Positions 7,395 to 16,688 of a stretch of DNA of 49,321 nucleotides are shown here, piece by piece. Under the pieces are notes generated by a model, which was not told where the DNA came from, searched no databases, and was given only the letters and a program-made list of their open reading frames with translations. Source of the stretch: Deltaproteobacteria bacterium (lineage in GTDB: Bacteria; Myxococcota; UBA727; VGSZ01); assembly GCA_031384945.1 (NCBI GenBank), contig JANNAY010000132.1, positions 1-49,321 of the forward strand. Reading direction: 5' to 3'. A program made the position numbers and the translations under genes. Numbering within the stretch: the first letter of the stretch is position 1; each line of letters starts with the position of its first letter.

Positions 7395-8591
7395 ATGGAC
7401 GCGTCTTCTCTGGGCCAGCTGCGCCTGAGCTGGGTGCTGCGCCTGCGTTGGGCGACCATGGTGGCGCAGCTGCTGGCGTTGCTGGTGTCAGCGACGTTTT
7501 TGACGACGACGGCGCCAGCTGCTGTTGCTGTTGTTGTCGCCGGCGGCTTCGTCAACGTCATCGTGCGCGCGCTGCTGTCGCGCGCGCCGGCCCGCGACGT
7601 GCCCGACCGCGTCGTCGCTGGCGCCGTCTGCGCTGACGTCGTCTTGCTCACGGTGCTGCTCGCGTTGTTGGGCGGTCCGTCGAATCCGTTCGTCTTGCTC
7701 TACGTGCTGCACCTCGCCGTCGCCGCCATCGCGCTGCCGCGCCGCTTCGCCGTCGTCATCGCCGTCGTCGTCGCCGCTGGCTGGTGCGCGTTGTTCCTGC
7801 CGAGCGTCTCCGATCCTTCGTTTCACCTGCACCCGAGCGATGGACCTGCCTTTGCCGCCCACGTCCGCGGCACGTGGGTCGCGTTCCTGCTGACGGGCGG
7901 TTTGCTCGTCGCGTTCTTGTCAGAGATGAGCGCAGCCCTCCGCAGCGGCGAGCGCGACGCCGAGAAAGCCCGGCGACTCGCGTCGTTGGCGACGCTGGCA
8001 GGTGGCGCTGCGCACGAGCTGGCCACGCCGCTGTCGACCATCGCCGTCGTCGTCGGCGAGCTGCAGCGGCGCGTGCGCGGTGGCGACGCCGCTGTCGTCG
8101 AAGATGTCGCCCTGCTCGGCCGCGAAGTCGAGCGCTGCAAGCAAGTGCTGTCGCAGATGGCCGCCGACGCTGGCGCCCCACGCGGCGACAGCATCGGCCG
8201 CGTCGCCGTCAAAGACCTCGTCAGCGACGTCGTCGCCGGCCTCGACCGCGTCGACGTCCGCGTCGTCGACGATGCTGTCGTCGTCGTGCCGCGCCGACCG
8301 CTCGCGCAAGCGTTGCGCGGTCTCGTGAAGAACGCGCTGCAAGCCAGCGACGCCCGCGTCGAGGTCGTCGTCGACGGCGTCGTCGTCTCCATCGTCGACA
8401 GCGGCGGCGGCATGACGCCCGAGACGCTCGAGCGAATCGGTGAGCCGTTCTTCACCACGAAGCCGACCGGGCAGGGCATGGGTCTCGGCGTGTTTCTCGC
8501 GAAGACGGTGCTCGAGCAGTGCGGTGGGCGGCTGCGCTTCACCTCGACACCGGGCCGCGGCACCACCGCCACCGTGGAGCTCAGCGCATGA
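7395..8591 (+). CDS. RegB/PrrB-type membrane sensor histidine kinase (copy 1)
   Basis: Multi-TM N-terminus with GGPSNPF (the RegB GGXXNPF motif), H-box GGAAHELATPLSTI, a Cys in VERCKQVL, and ATP-binding boxes (GMGLGVFLAK). Confidence 0.85.
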   Translation: MDASSLGQLRLSWVLRLRWATMVAQLLALLVSATFLTTTAPAAVAVVVAGGFVNVIVRALLSRAPARDVPDRVVAGAVCADVVLLTVLLALLGGPSNPFVLLYVLHLAVAAIALPRRFAVVIAVVVAAGWCALFLPSVSDPSFHLHPSDGPAFAAHVRGTWVAFLLTGGLLVAFLSEMSAALRSGERDAEKARRLASLATLAGGAAHELATPLSTIAVVVGELQRRVRGGDAAVVEDVALLGREVERCKQVLSQMAADAGAPRGDSIGRVAVKDLVSDVVAGLDRVDVRVVDDAVVVVPRRPLAQALRGLVKNALQASDARVEVVVDGVVVSIVDSGGGMTPETLERIGEPFFTTKPTGQGMGLGVFLAKTVLEQCGGRLRFTSTPGRGTTATVELSA

Positions 8592-9133
8592 AGGGGCAGA
8601 GCTTGTTGGTCGTCGACGATGACGACGTCTTTCGTGATCGCCTCGCCCGCGCCTTTGCCGACCGCGGCTTCGACGTGCGCGCCGCGGGCGACGTCGCTGG
8701 CGCCCTCGCCCTCGCCGAAGAAGACGCGCCGGAGCTCGCCGTCGTCGACCTGCGCCTGGGCGCCGGCTCGGGGCTCACCCTCGTCGACGGCTTGCTTGCG
8801 CTCGAGCCCGCGACGCGGATCGTCGTGCTCACGGGATGGGGCAGCGTCACCACCGCCGTCGATGCGCTTCGGCGCGGCGCCGTTCACTACCTGCAGAAGC
8901 CCGCCGACATCGACGAGATCTTGCGTGCGTTGCTCGGCGAAGAGGCTGATGCGCACGTCGACGACGGCGCCGCCGATGGGCCGAGCACGCCCAGCCTCGC
9001 GCGACAGGAGTGGGAGTACATCCAGCGGGTGATGGCTGAGTGCGAGGGCAGCGTCTCGGCGGCGGCGCGGCGCCTCGGCCTGCACCGACGCTCGCTGCAA
9101 CGAAAGCTGCAGAAGCGCCCACCGGCGCGGTGA
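8588..9133 (+). CDS. RegA/PrrA/ActR-type response regulator (copy 1)
   Basis: Receiver domain (LLVVDDD, VVDLRL) plus a C-terminal Fis-type HTH (AAARRLGLHRRSLQRKLQK). ATGA overlap with the kinase stop. Confidence 0.85.
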   Translation: MKGQSLLVVDDDDVFRDRLARAFADRGFDVRAAGDVAGALALAEEDAPELAVVDLRLGAGSGLTLVDGLLALEPATRIVVLTGWGSVTTAVDALRRGAVHYLQKPADIDEILRALLGEEADAHVDDGAADGPSTPSLARQEWEYIQRVMAECEGSVSAAARRLGLHRRSLQRKLQKRPPAR

Positions 9134-9222
9134 CGGCGTCAAGGTCGGCGGCGTGACGGCGATCGCCGACCTGCGACAACAGGTCGCAGGCTGAACACCC
9201 GGCTGGCCAGTACCTGCGGCGC

Positions 9223-11397
9223 GTGTTGCCCTTTGTTGCCATGGCCTGCCTGCTTTCGACGACGCCAGAGACGGCGCCGCCTGAAGCCGTGGCGCCCGAC
9301 GTCGCGCCAACGGAGGAGCCGGCGGCGGCAGAGACCGCCACGGATCCAACGGCAGCCCCAGAGACATCTTCAGAGACGTCGCCGGTAGAGAAGGCGCCGG
9401 CCGAGAGCACCGTGCGCGCGCGCCGAGCGCCGCGAACGAGCGCCGACTTTCGCATCGACGTGCCGCAGGTGCCGCTCGCGGGCGGCGCGAGCGCTGCCGA
9501 TCTGCTGCGGCTCGCGCCCGGCGTCTTTCTCTCGCAACACAGCGGACAAGGAAAAGCGCACCAGCTCTTCTTGCGCGGCTTCGACGCCGAGCACGGCCAA
9601 GACGTCGAGATCCACGTCGGTGGCATCCCCATCAACGAGGTCTCAAACATCCACGGGCAGGGCTACGCCGACCTCAACTTCTTGTTTCCCGAGGTCGTGC
9701 AGAGCTTCCGCGTCGAAGAAGGACCGTACTCGCCGCAGCAAGGCGACTTCGCCGTCGCCGGCTCCGTCGACGTCGACCTTGGCGTCAGAGACCGCGGCGT
9801 GCTCGCCCGCGCCTCGTACGGCAACTTCGGTCTCGCCCGCGGCGTCGTGCTCTGGGCACCCGAAGGACAACCCGACGAGACCTTCGCCGGCGTCGAGGTC
9901 GTGCGCGGCGACGGCTTCGGCCCCGCCCGCGCGTTCTTGCGCGCCAGCGCAATCACACAGGCGGTGTTCGACCTCGACGCGTTCAAGCTGCGCGTCTTGG
10001 CGTCGTCGTCATCGTCGCGCTTCGCCTCCGCCGGCGTCGTCGTGCTCGACGACCTCGAGAGCGGCGCCATCGACCGCTACGGCTCGTACGACGAAGACCA
10101 GGGCGGCGCCGCCTCAAGGCACCAGGCGTTGCTCGAGGCCAGCTTCGACGACGACGGCGGCGGCAGCTCGAGCGTCGCCCTCTTTGGCGGCCTGCGCGAT
10201 CTGCGGTTGCGCTCCGACTTCACCGGCTACCTGCTCGACGCCGACCTTGGCGACCGCATCGAACAAACCAACAACTTCGCCTTCGTTGGCGGCCGCGTCG
10301 TGCACAAGCAGTCTTTTGACACCGGCGTCTTCGCCGCGCCGCTCAAGGTCGAGCTCGGCAGCGAGGCTCGCTTCGACGACGTCGACCAGCGGCAGCAGCG
10401 CCTCGATGCCGTCGAAGGCGCGCCCTACAAGAACGAGATCGACGCCGCCATCGACGAAGGCCACCTCGGTGCCTGGGTCGACGTCACGCTGCGCCCGATC
10501 ACGTCGCTGGTGCTGCGCGGCGGCCTGCGCTTCGAGGCCTTGAACGTCGGCGTCGACGATCGCCTGCCGCTGTCGAGCGCCAGCGACGACGACGTGCTGC
10601 CCCGCCACAAAGACGCGTTCGGCGTGCACCTCGGGCCGAAGCTCAGCGCCGATTGGACGACGACGCCGTGGCTGCACCTGCTCGCGGCCTACGGCGAAGG
10701 CTTTCGCTCACCGCAGGCCCGCAGCCTCGGTGACGGTGAGGTCTCGCCCTTCACCGACGTCCACGCCGGCGAGGTCGGCGCCCGAGCCGCTTGGACGGGC
10801 GACGACGGCAGCCTCGTGCTCGGTGCGACGGCGTCGGTCTTCACCACCTACGTCGCGCTCGACCGCATCTTCGACCACGCCTCGGGCGCCAACATCTTCA
10901 CCGGTCCTTCGCTGCGCGGTGGCGCGGCGCTGCTGCTCGAGAGCGAGCCGCGGCCGTGGTTGAACGTCCGCGCGAGCGGCACTTTCGTCGCCTCGCGCGT
11001 GCTCGAAGAGAACACGCCGGTGCCGTACGCGCCGCCGATTGTGATGCGCAGCGACGTCGAGCTGCACAACGCGCTCTTCAACTTCGACGCGTTCTCCATC
11101 AACGGTCCCGTCGGCGGCCGCGTCGCCCTCGGCGTCTCGGCCATCGGACCGCGCCCACTGCCGTTCGACGAAGAGAGCGCGCCGGTCGCCTTTGCCGAGC
11201 TGTCGACGGGCTTGAGCTGGGGCGCCGTCGAGCTCTCGGCCGAGGTGCAGAACCTCACCAACGCCAACTTCTTCGACGGCGAATTCGTCTACGCCTCACG
11301 CTTTGACCCCGACGACGACGGCCGCCTCGTGCCGCAGCACCACGTCACCGTCGCCGCCCCCTTCTCTGGACAGCTCACCCTCTCGGTCCGCTTGTGA
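9223..11397 (+). CDS. TonB-dependent outer-membrane receptor (start uncertain; GTG 9223 or ATG 9241)
   Basis: Plug-domain motifs (AADLLRLAPGV, LFLRGFD, VGGIPINE, VEEGPYSPQQGDFA) followed by a long beta-rich region. No clear signal peptide is seen at either start. Confidence 0.8.
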   Translation: MLPFVAMACLLSTTPETAPPEAVAPDVAPTEEPAAAETATDPTAAPETSSETSPVEKAPAESTVRARRAPRTSADFRIDVPQVPLAGGASAADLLRLAPGVFLSQHSGQGKAHQLFLRGFDAEHGQDVEIHVGGIPINEVSNIHGQGYADLNFLFPEVVQSFRVEEGPYSPQQGDFAVAGSVDVDLGVRDRGVLARASYGNFGLARGVVLWAPEGQPDETFAGVEVVRGDGFGPARAFLRASAITQAVFDLDAFKLRVLASSSSSRFASAGVVVLDDLESGAIDRYGSYDEDQGGAASRHQALLEASFDDDGGGSSSVALFGGLRDLRLRSDFTGYLLDADLGDRIEQTNNFAFVGGRVVHKQSFDTGVFAAPLKVELGSEARFDDVDQRQQRLDAVEGAPYKNEIDAAIDEGHLGAWVDVTLRPITSLVLRGGLRFEALNVGVDDRLPLSSASDDDVLPRHKDAFGVHLGPKLSADWTTTPWLHLLAAYGEGFRSPQARSLGDGEVSPFTDVHAGEVGARAAWTGDDGSLVLGATASVFTTYVALDRIFDHASGANIFTGPSLRGGAALLLESEPRPWLNVRASGTFVASRVLEENTPVPYAPPIVMRSDVELHNALFNFDAFSINGPVGGRVALGVSAIGPRPLPFDEESAPVAFAELSTGLSWGAVELSAEVQNLTNANFFDGEFVYASRFDPDDDGRLVPQHHVTVAAPFSGQLTLSVRL

Positions 11398-11405
11398 GGT
11401 CTCTC

Positions 11406-12179
11406 ATGCACCGCGCCTCTCTCTTTCTCTCGCTTGCTGTCGTTGTCGGCGTTGGCGCTGGCTGCGACGGCGCCGCTGCCGAAGCGCCGCCGTCGCGCGT
11501 GACGTTGCCGCTGTCGATGTCGGGGTCGACGCCGACGGGCATCGACAACGAGCACGGCTACGTCGTCGACATCACCCGCGCGCAGGTGCACGTCGGGCCG
11601 ATTCGTTTCTTCGAGGGCGACGTCGTGCTCGGCGACGCGCGCTCGTTTCACAAGCGTCCAAAAGATGTGCCGCAGCAGCTCATCGACGCCGTGCTCGGCA
11701 TGCCGACCGCGTTGGCACACCCCGGCCACTACACCGAAGGCGACGCCAAGGGTGAGTGGCTCGACGACGCGACGGTCGACCTACTCGCAGGCGACGTCGT
11801 CCTCGGCGACGTCGACGGCGTCACCGGCCACCATGGCTCTGCCAGCATCGGCTTCAGCAACAGCGACGACCTCGACGGGGCGGCCATCGTCGTCGAAGGC
11901 GTCGCCCACAAAGACGGCGTCGACACCGCCTTTCACGGCAGCCTCGACAAAGATGCCGCCGTCGAAGGCATCGACGTCAGAGCCGAGGTCGCCGAGGCCG
12001 GCGGCAGCGACCACATCGAAGTCCAATTCGGCGAGCTGGTGAAGAAGATCGACTTCGCCCAGGTCGACACCGGCGCCGGCGTAGACGGCGCCCTCGTCGC
12101 AGACACGCAGCCCTTCAACGCCTTTGAGCGCGGCTGCGACAGCACCCTCGCCTTCACCTTCACGTTCACGGAGAATTGA
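11406..12179 (+). CDS. Hypothetical lipoprotein
   Basis: Lipobox LAVVVGVGAGC. Tightly packed after the receptor gene. High GC3. Confidence 0.7.
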   Translation: MHRASLFLSLAVVVGVGAGCDGAAAEAPPSRVTLPLSMSGSTPTGIDNEHGYVVDITRAQVHVGPIRFFEGDVVLGDARSFHKRPKDVPQQLIDAVLGMPTALAHPGHYTEGDAKGEWLDDATVDLLAGDVVLGDVDGVTGHHGSASIGFSNSDDLDGAAIVVEGVAHKDGVDTAFHGSLDKDAAVEGIDVRAEVAEAGGSDHIEVQFGELVKKIDFAQVDTGAGVDGALVADTQPFNAFERGCDSTLAFTFTFTEN

Positions 12180-12180
12180 C

Positions 12181-13017
12181 ATGCGCGTCTTGCTGTTTGC
12201 CTCGCCTCTCGTCGTCGCTGCTGTTTCAGGCTGCGGCTTCACCGGCTCTCTCGACGTCACGACGTTTGGTGAAGACTTCATCCCCACTGAGATCCCGTCG
12301 GAGGTCTTCACACAGGAGCCGGACAGCGACGTGAAGTACTCGAAGTTCTTGATCACGTTCTCGAACCTGACCGTGGGCGCCGAGGGCAGCGACGAAGAGA
12401 ACGTCTTCGAAGGACCCGTCGTCTTCAACATGCACGAGGCCGGCCGTCACGACGTCACCAGCTTCCCGGAGATCGAGGCGCGTCGCTGGGACAAGGTCTC
12501 GGCCGAAGTGAAGCCGGCCGAAGGAACGCCCGCGAAGGGCACCGATGCCGTCACCGACGAAGACCTGCAAATTCTCGCCGACGGCGGCTTCTCCGTCTAC
12601 GTCGAGGGCACCGTCAACCGCAGCGGTGACGAGAAAGACTTCGCCTGGGGCTTCACCACCAGCACGCTGTTTCACGACTGCCAGACCGCTGACGGCGGCG
12701 CCGGCGTCGTCGTGCCGTCGGGTGCTTCGGGCACGTGGGAGCTGACCATCCACGGCGACCACCTTTTCTACGACGACCTGCAGAACGCCTCGGCGAAGAC
12801 GCGGCTGAGCGCGATCGTCGACGCTGATGGCGATGACGATGGCCTCGTCACCATGGCCGAGCTCGAGGCCGTCGATCTCACCGAGCTGCCCGGCGACCAG
12901 TACGGCACGGGTGGCGAAGCCGGCGTCGAGAACCTCGGCGACTTCGTGTCGGCGCTGTCGCGCACGCTGGTGCACGCCACAGGCGAAGGCGAATGCACGT
13001 CGCAGAACATCGACTGA
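12181..13017 (+). CDS. Hypothetical lipoprotein with a C-terminal EF-hand-like loop
   Basis: Lipobox VAAVSGC. DGDDDGLVTMAE fits the canonical 12-residue EF-hand loop (D-x-D-x-D-G-x-V-x-x-x-E). Confidence 0.7.
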   Translation: MRVLLFASPLVVAAVSGCGFTGSLDVTTFGEDFIPTEIPSEVFTQEPDSDVKYSKFLITFSNLTVGAEGSDEENVFEGPVVFNMHEAGRHDVTSFPEIEARRWDKVSAEVKPAEGTPAKGTDAVTDEDLQILADGGFSVYVEGTVNRSGDEKDFAWGFTTSTLFHDCQTADGGAGVVVPSGASGTWELTIHGDHLFYDDLQNASAKTRLSAIVDADGDDDGLVTMAELEAVDLTELPGDQYGTGGEAGVENLGDFVSALSRTLVHATGEGECTSQNID

Positions 13018-13153
13018 TCCGCCGAACCGGCCATCGCGCGCGACCGTAAGAACGTCGACACGGCAAGAGTCGCCTCTCCTTCGTCGCCTGTGGTGCTGTG
13101 TCGCATCCCCTCCGCCGGCTCACGCGAGTAGGCGTTCCCTCGGAGGTTCGCCC

Positions 13154-13750
13154 ATGCTGACTCGGTTGCTTCTGTTGTCCGGCATCGCTGCCGGTGTTGT
13201 CCTCGCTGCCTGTCCCGCCGCTGACGGTGAAGGAGAAGGCGAAGAAGGCGAAGGCGAAGGCGAAGGCGAAACCAGCGGCGGCCCCGTCGATGGCGACGAA
13301 GACGCCCACTGCGGCGCCACCGTCATCACCGTCGACGAAGCCGCCTGCGCTGAAGGCGAAGAAGAACCCGCTGAAGGCGAAGACGACGACGAATACGGCG
13401 ACACGTTGTTCAACGCCGCTGGCGACGACGACGAGTGCAAGTACCACGTGGCCTTCAACGTCGACGGCGTCGTCGTCGACCAGGACGCCACCTTCGTCGT
13501 CACGCCGACAGCGCTCGACGGCGGCGCCGCCATCACCGGCGCCAACGTCCGCGCCGAGGTCTTTCTCGACGAGACCCACGGCGTGAATGGCGGCACCACC
13601 GTCGAAGATCCCGCCGGCACGTACACCATCAGCGGCGTACAGTTCGACGAGAGCGGTCGCTGGACGGTCCGCTTTCACTTCTTCGAGGACTGCGCCGATG
13701 GCGAAACCTCACCCCACGGCCACGCAGCGTTCTTCATCGATGTGCCGTAG
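13154..13750 (+). CDS. YtkA/FixH-like lipoprotein with a (GE)n linker
   Basis: Lipobox VVLAAC, then [15 protein letters not shown]. The C-terminal pattern GTYTISGVQFDESGRWTVRFHF resembles the YtkA-like domain (G.Y.....f...G.W.l.....). Confidence 0.65.
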   Translation: MLTRLLLLSGIAAGVVLAACPAADGEGEGEEGEGEGEGETSGGPVDGDEDAHCGATVITVDEAACAEGEEEPAEGEDDDEYGDTLFNAAGDDDECKYHVAFNVDGVVVDQDATFVVTPTALDGGAAITGANVRAEVFLDETHGVNGGTTVEDPAGTYTISGVQFDESGRWTVRFHFFEDCADGETSPHGHAAFFIDVP

Positions 13751-14204
13751 CGCCGTCGCATTCGTCGTCGTCACCGTTGTCGGCTGCGTTGCCGGCTGCA
13801 CCGTCGGCGAAGGCGAGGGCGAGGGCGAAGGCGCGGTCACCGGCGAAGGTGAGGGCGAAGACGTCGTCGTTTTTCCCGCCGATGCCCTCGTCGTCGTCGA
13901 CAGCAACAGCGGCCGCCACGTCGAATTGCGCAGCAGCCCGCAGCCGCCGCCCGTCGGCTTCGTCCCCTTCGCCTTGCGCGTCGTCGACGACGAAGGCGCG
14001 GGCGTGGCCGGCCTCGACCTCGCGGTGCGTCCGTGGATGCCGCTGCACGGACATGGTCCAACGGTGCAGCCCAACGTCAGCGACGAGGGCGACGGCACCT
14101 ACCAGCTGCGCGAGGTCGACCTGATCATGGCCGGCGACTGGGAGCTGCAGGTCACCATCGATGGAGGCGCCGACTTTGTCGCTCCCGCGTTTCCTGTGCA
14201 GTAG
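13740..14204 (+). CDS. YtkA/FixH-like lipoprotein (second copy)
   Basis: Lipobox CVAGC, then [32 protein letters not shown]. Overlaps the previous stop. Confidence 0.65.
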   Translation: MCRSAVAFVVVTVVGCVAGCTVGEGEGEGEGAVTGEGEGEDVVVFPADALVVVDSNSGRHVELRSSPQPPPVGFVPFALRVVDDEGAGVAGLDLAVRPWMPLHGHGPTVQPNVSDEGDGTYQLREVDLIMAGDWELQVTIDGGADFVAPAFPVQ

Positions 14205-14586
14205 CGCCGTCGTTGCCTGCGTCGTCGTCTTCGTCGCGGGCTGCCCCGTCGACGTCGACAGCAACGACGCGGGCGTCGACGCCGGCGTCGTCGTCGACGA
14301 TGGCGGCTGCCCCGACGACTTGCCCGACGACTGCGTCGAACCCGCGCCCGTCTACGCCGACGTCGAAGCCGTCTTCGCCGTCAAATGCGCCGGCTGCCAC
14401 GGCCCCGGCGGCGTCGAAGACAACAAGCCCCTCGACACCTACGACCACGTCTTTCGCCGACGCGGCGCGGTGCTCGGCCAGCTCATCAACTGTTTGATGC
14501 CGTTGCCCGACGCCGGCGTCGCCGACCTCGACGCCGACGAACGCGAAGTCGTCTTGCACTGGCTCGCTTGCAACGCGCCGGAGTGA
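14161..14586 (+). CDS. Mono-heme c-type cytochrome-like lipoprotein (PSCyt1-like domain; start uncertain)
   Basis: Lipobox VFVAGC and heme motif CAGCH. The C-terminal ...EREVVLHWLACNAPE parallels the C-terminal extension of the MbnH-like protein. Confidence 0.6.
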   Translation: MEAPTLSLPRFLCSSAVVACVVVFVAGCPVDVDSNDAGVDAGVVVDDGGCPDDLPDDCVEPAPVYADVEAVFAVKCAGCHGPGGVEDNKPLDTYDHVFRRRGAVLGQLINCLMPLPDAGVADLDADEREVVLHWLACNAPE

Positions 14587-14604
14587 CGCAGCTGACGCGC
14601 GCGA

Positions 14605-15243
14605 TCAGCGGACCGAGAAGCTGCGCGTCGACTGGTAGGGGCCCTCGGTGACGCGACCCTCGACGAGGTAGGCGCTGGTCATCGTCAACGAGAGGTCGCC
14701 GGTCGCTTTCATCTGCGACCAGAGCGTGTCGTCAGGCGTGAACGACAGCTCCGACGTCAACATGCGCGACGGGCACGCTTCGCCGTCGAGGGGAACCTCG
14801 AGCAGGTACATGCCGCCCGTGACCGGCGGCAGGTGTGCGTAAGCGGTCCCGATGAACAGATGCGAGACGCTCTCGAGCCAGCCGGGCTCACGCGCGTGAA
14901 GCGGCGGCAGGCCGACGGGCGCACGGGGAACCAGCGGCGTGACGACGGCCAGCTCGTCGCTCCACGAGAATGTCGGTGCGGCGTCGTCCGCGGAGAAGGT
15001 CTGGGCCGCGCTCGGCACGCTCAGCTTCGGTGCCGCCGGATCGTCGACGGAGAATTCACGGAGGTCGGCGAAGACACGGACGACCTCGTCGGTGGCGGTG
15101 CCGGCGACCGCGGTGTCGCACTCAGGCTTCGCTTCTTCGCCGCAGCCGACGAGCGCTGCGACGACGGCCAGAGCGCCGAAGCGACGCCCAGCAGAAGCGA
15201 GTGAGGCGAGCGAGAAAGAGGTCGTGCGCATGGTGCCTCGCAT
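14605..15243 (-). CDS. Hypothetical lipoprotein, third gene of the mbnP-mbnH operon
   Basis: Lipobox AALVGC. The start codon shares a base with the mbnH-like stop (TGATG). High GC3. Confidence 0.65.
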   Translation of the reverse strand: MRGTMRTTSFSLASLASAGRRFGALAVVAALVGCGEEAKPECDTAVAGTATDEVVRVFADLREFSVDDPAAPKLSVPSAAQTFSADDAAPTFSWSDELAVVTPLVPRAPVGLPPLHAREPGWLESVSHLFIGTAYAHLPPVTGGMYLLEVPLDGEACPSRMLTSELSFTPDDTLWSQMKATGDLSLTMTSAYLVEGRVTEGPYQSTRSFSVR

Positions 15244-16688
15244 CAGTTGTTGGGATCGTCGCACGCCAGCCACTCGAGCAACACGCGCCGCTCGTCGTCG
15301 CTGAGGCGGGCATCGGCGGGCATCGCGCACGACGCGATCTGCGACAGCATCTCGTCGTGCAGCTCGTGCACCTGGGCGTGACTCTCGAGCAGCTCGCTGG
15401 CCGCGGCGCCACCGACGCGGTGGCAGTAGAGACAGCTCTTCTCGAGCAGCGGCTGCACATCCGCGGCGAAGCTCGGCGGCGCGGCGGGGCAGGCGACGAC
15501 GTCGTCGGCGGGGCAATCGAACGCAGGCGACAGCGCGGGCTTCGTCAACAGCGCGGGCTCGGTCAGCGCGTCGAAGAACGCGTGCATGGCGCGGCGATCG
15601 TCGTCGTCGAGCGTGAAGCCCTTCACCAATGGATCTTTGAGCGGGCTCGCGTGGCCGTCGCCGGCGTCGTCTCCATCGGCGATGGCGCGGCCGCCGCGGG
15701 CGTAGTGGTCGAGGACGCCGTCGAGGTCGGCGATGCTGCCGTCGTGCATGTACGGCGCGGTCAGCGCGATGTTTCGCAGCGTCGGTGTCTTGAACCTGCC
15801 CATGTCTCCAGCGCGCTGCGTGAAGCCGAAGAGGCCCTCGTCGCGGGCGGGGTACGCGCCAGCGCCGTCGACGTTGTAGAGCCCGGTGTTGTGGTACGGC
15901 GCCTCGACGAACGCGCTGCTCGCCTGCACGGCGCTGTCGGTGAAGTTGAAGCCGCCGTGGCAGTGGTAGCACTCGAGGTCTTCACCGAAGAACAAGCGCA
16001 GGCCGCGTTTGGCGTCGGCGTTGATGGCGCCGTCGTCGCCGCCGGTGAGGAAGCGATCGATGGGCGCGTCGCCCGACAAGATGGTGCGCTGAAAGCTCGC
16101 CAGCGCCTTGGTCACGGTGTCGAGCGACACCGCGTCGCCGGCGGCGGCGGCGTCGGGAAAGGCGGCGGCGAAGCGGGCGGCGAGGTCGGCATCGTCGCGC
16201 AGCGTCTGCAGCGCGCGCTCATCGCTGCCGGTAAGCCCGAGCTCGACGGGCCGCTCAGAGAAGAGCGGGATGAGCGCGTGCACCTCGAGCGAGCGGGGCG
16301 CGGGGTCGGCCCACGTCAACACCGGCGCGTAGGCGACGTTCACCAGCGTCATCTCGTTGCGTCCGGTGGCCTCGCCGGTGGCGCCGGCGCCGAATCTCTG
16401 CCCCGACGTAAACGCGCGCGCCTGCATGTGGCAGCTGCCGCAGCTGCGGGTGCCGTTCACGCTCAACCGCTTGTCGTAGAAGAGCCGCCGCCCCAGCTCG
16501 ATCTTCTCGGCGCTGAGTGGGTTGCCGTCGGGGATCGCAGGCTGGGGCAAGGCAGCGGGCAGCTCGAGCACGAAGCCGGCGTCGACGTCGTCTTTGGGCG
16601 CAGGCTGCGGCACGCACGCCGACAGCGCCGCGCCGGTCGTGAAGACCAGCGCGACGAAGCAGGGCAGGGTGGCCGCAGAGCGCGTCAT
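15243..16688 (-). CDS. mbnH: MbnH-like di-heme cytochrome c peroxidase/MauG-family enzyme with an extra C-terminal CxxCH domain
   Basis: Lipoprotein signal, heme motifs CGSCH and CYHCH, CCP/MauG-like blocks (FKTPTLRNIALTAPYMHDGS), and a third motif CLYCH in a roughly 90-aa C-terminal extension. Confidence 0.8.
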   Translation of the reverse strand: MTRSAATLPCFVALVFTTGAALSACVPQPAPKDDVDAGFVLELPAALPQPAIPDGNPLSAEKIELGRRLFYDKRLSVNGTRSCGSCHMQARAFTSGQRFGAGATGEATGRNEMTLVNVAYAPVLTWADPAPRSLEVHALIPLFSERPVELGLTGSDERALQTLRDDADLAARFAAAFPDAAAAGDAVSLDTVTKALASFQRTILSGDAPIDRFLTGGDDGAINADAKRGLRLFFGEDLECYHCHGGFNFTDSAVQASSAFVEAPYHNTGLYNVDGAGAYPARDEGLFGFTQRAGDMGRFKTPTLRNIALTAPYMHDGSIADLDGVLDHYARGGRAIADGDDAGDGHASPLKDPLVKGFTLDDDDRRAMHAFFDALTEPALLTKPALSPAFDCPADDVVACPAAPPSFAADVQPLLEKSCLYCHRVGGAAASELLESHAQVHELHDEMLSQIASCAMPADARLSDDERRVLLEWLACDDPNN

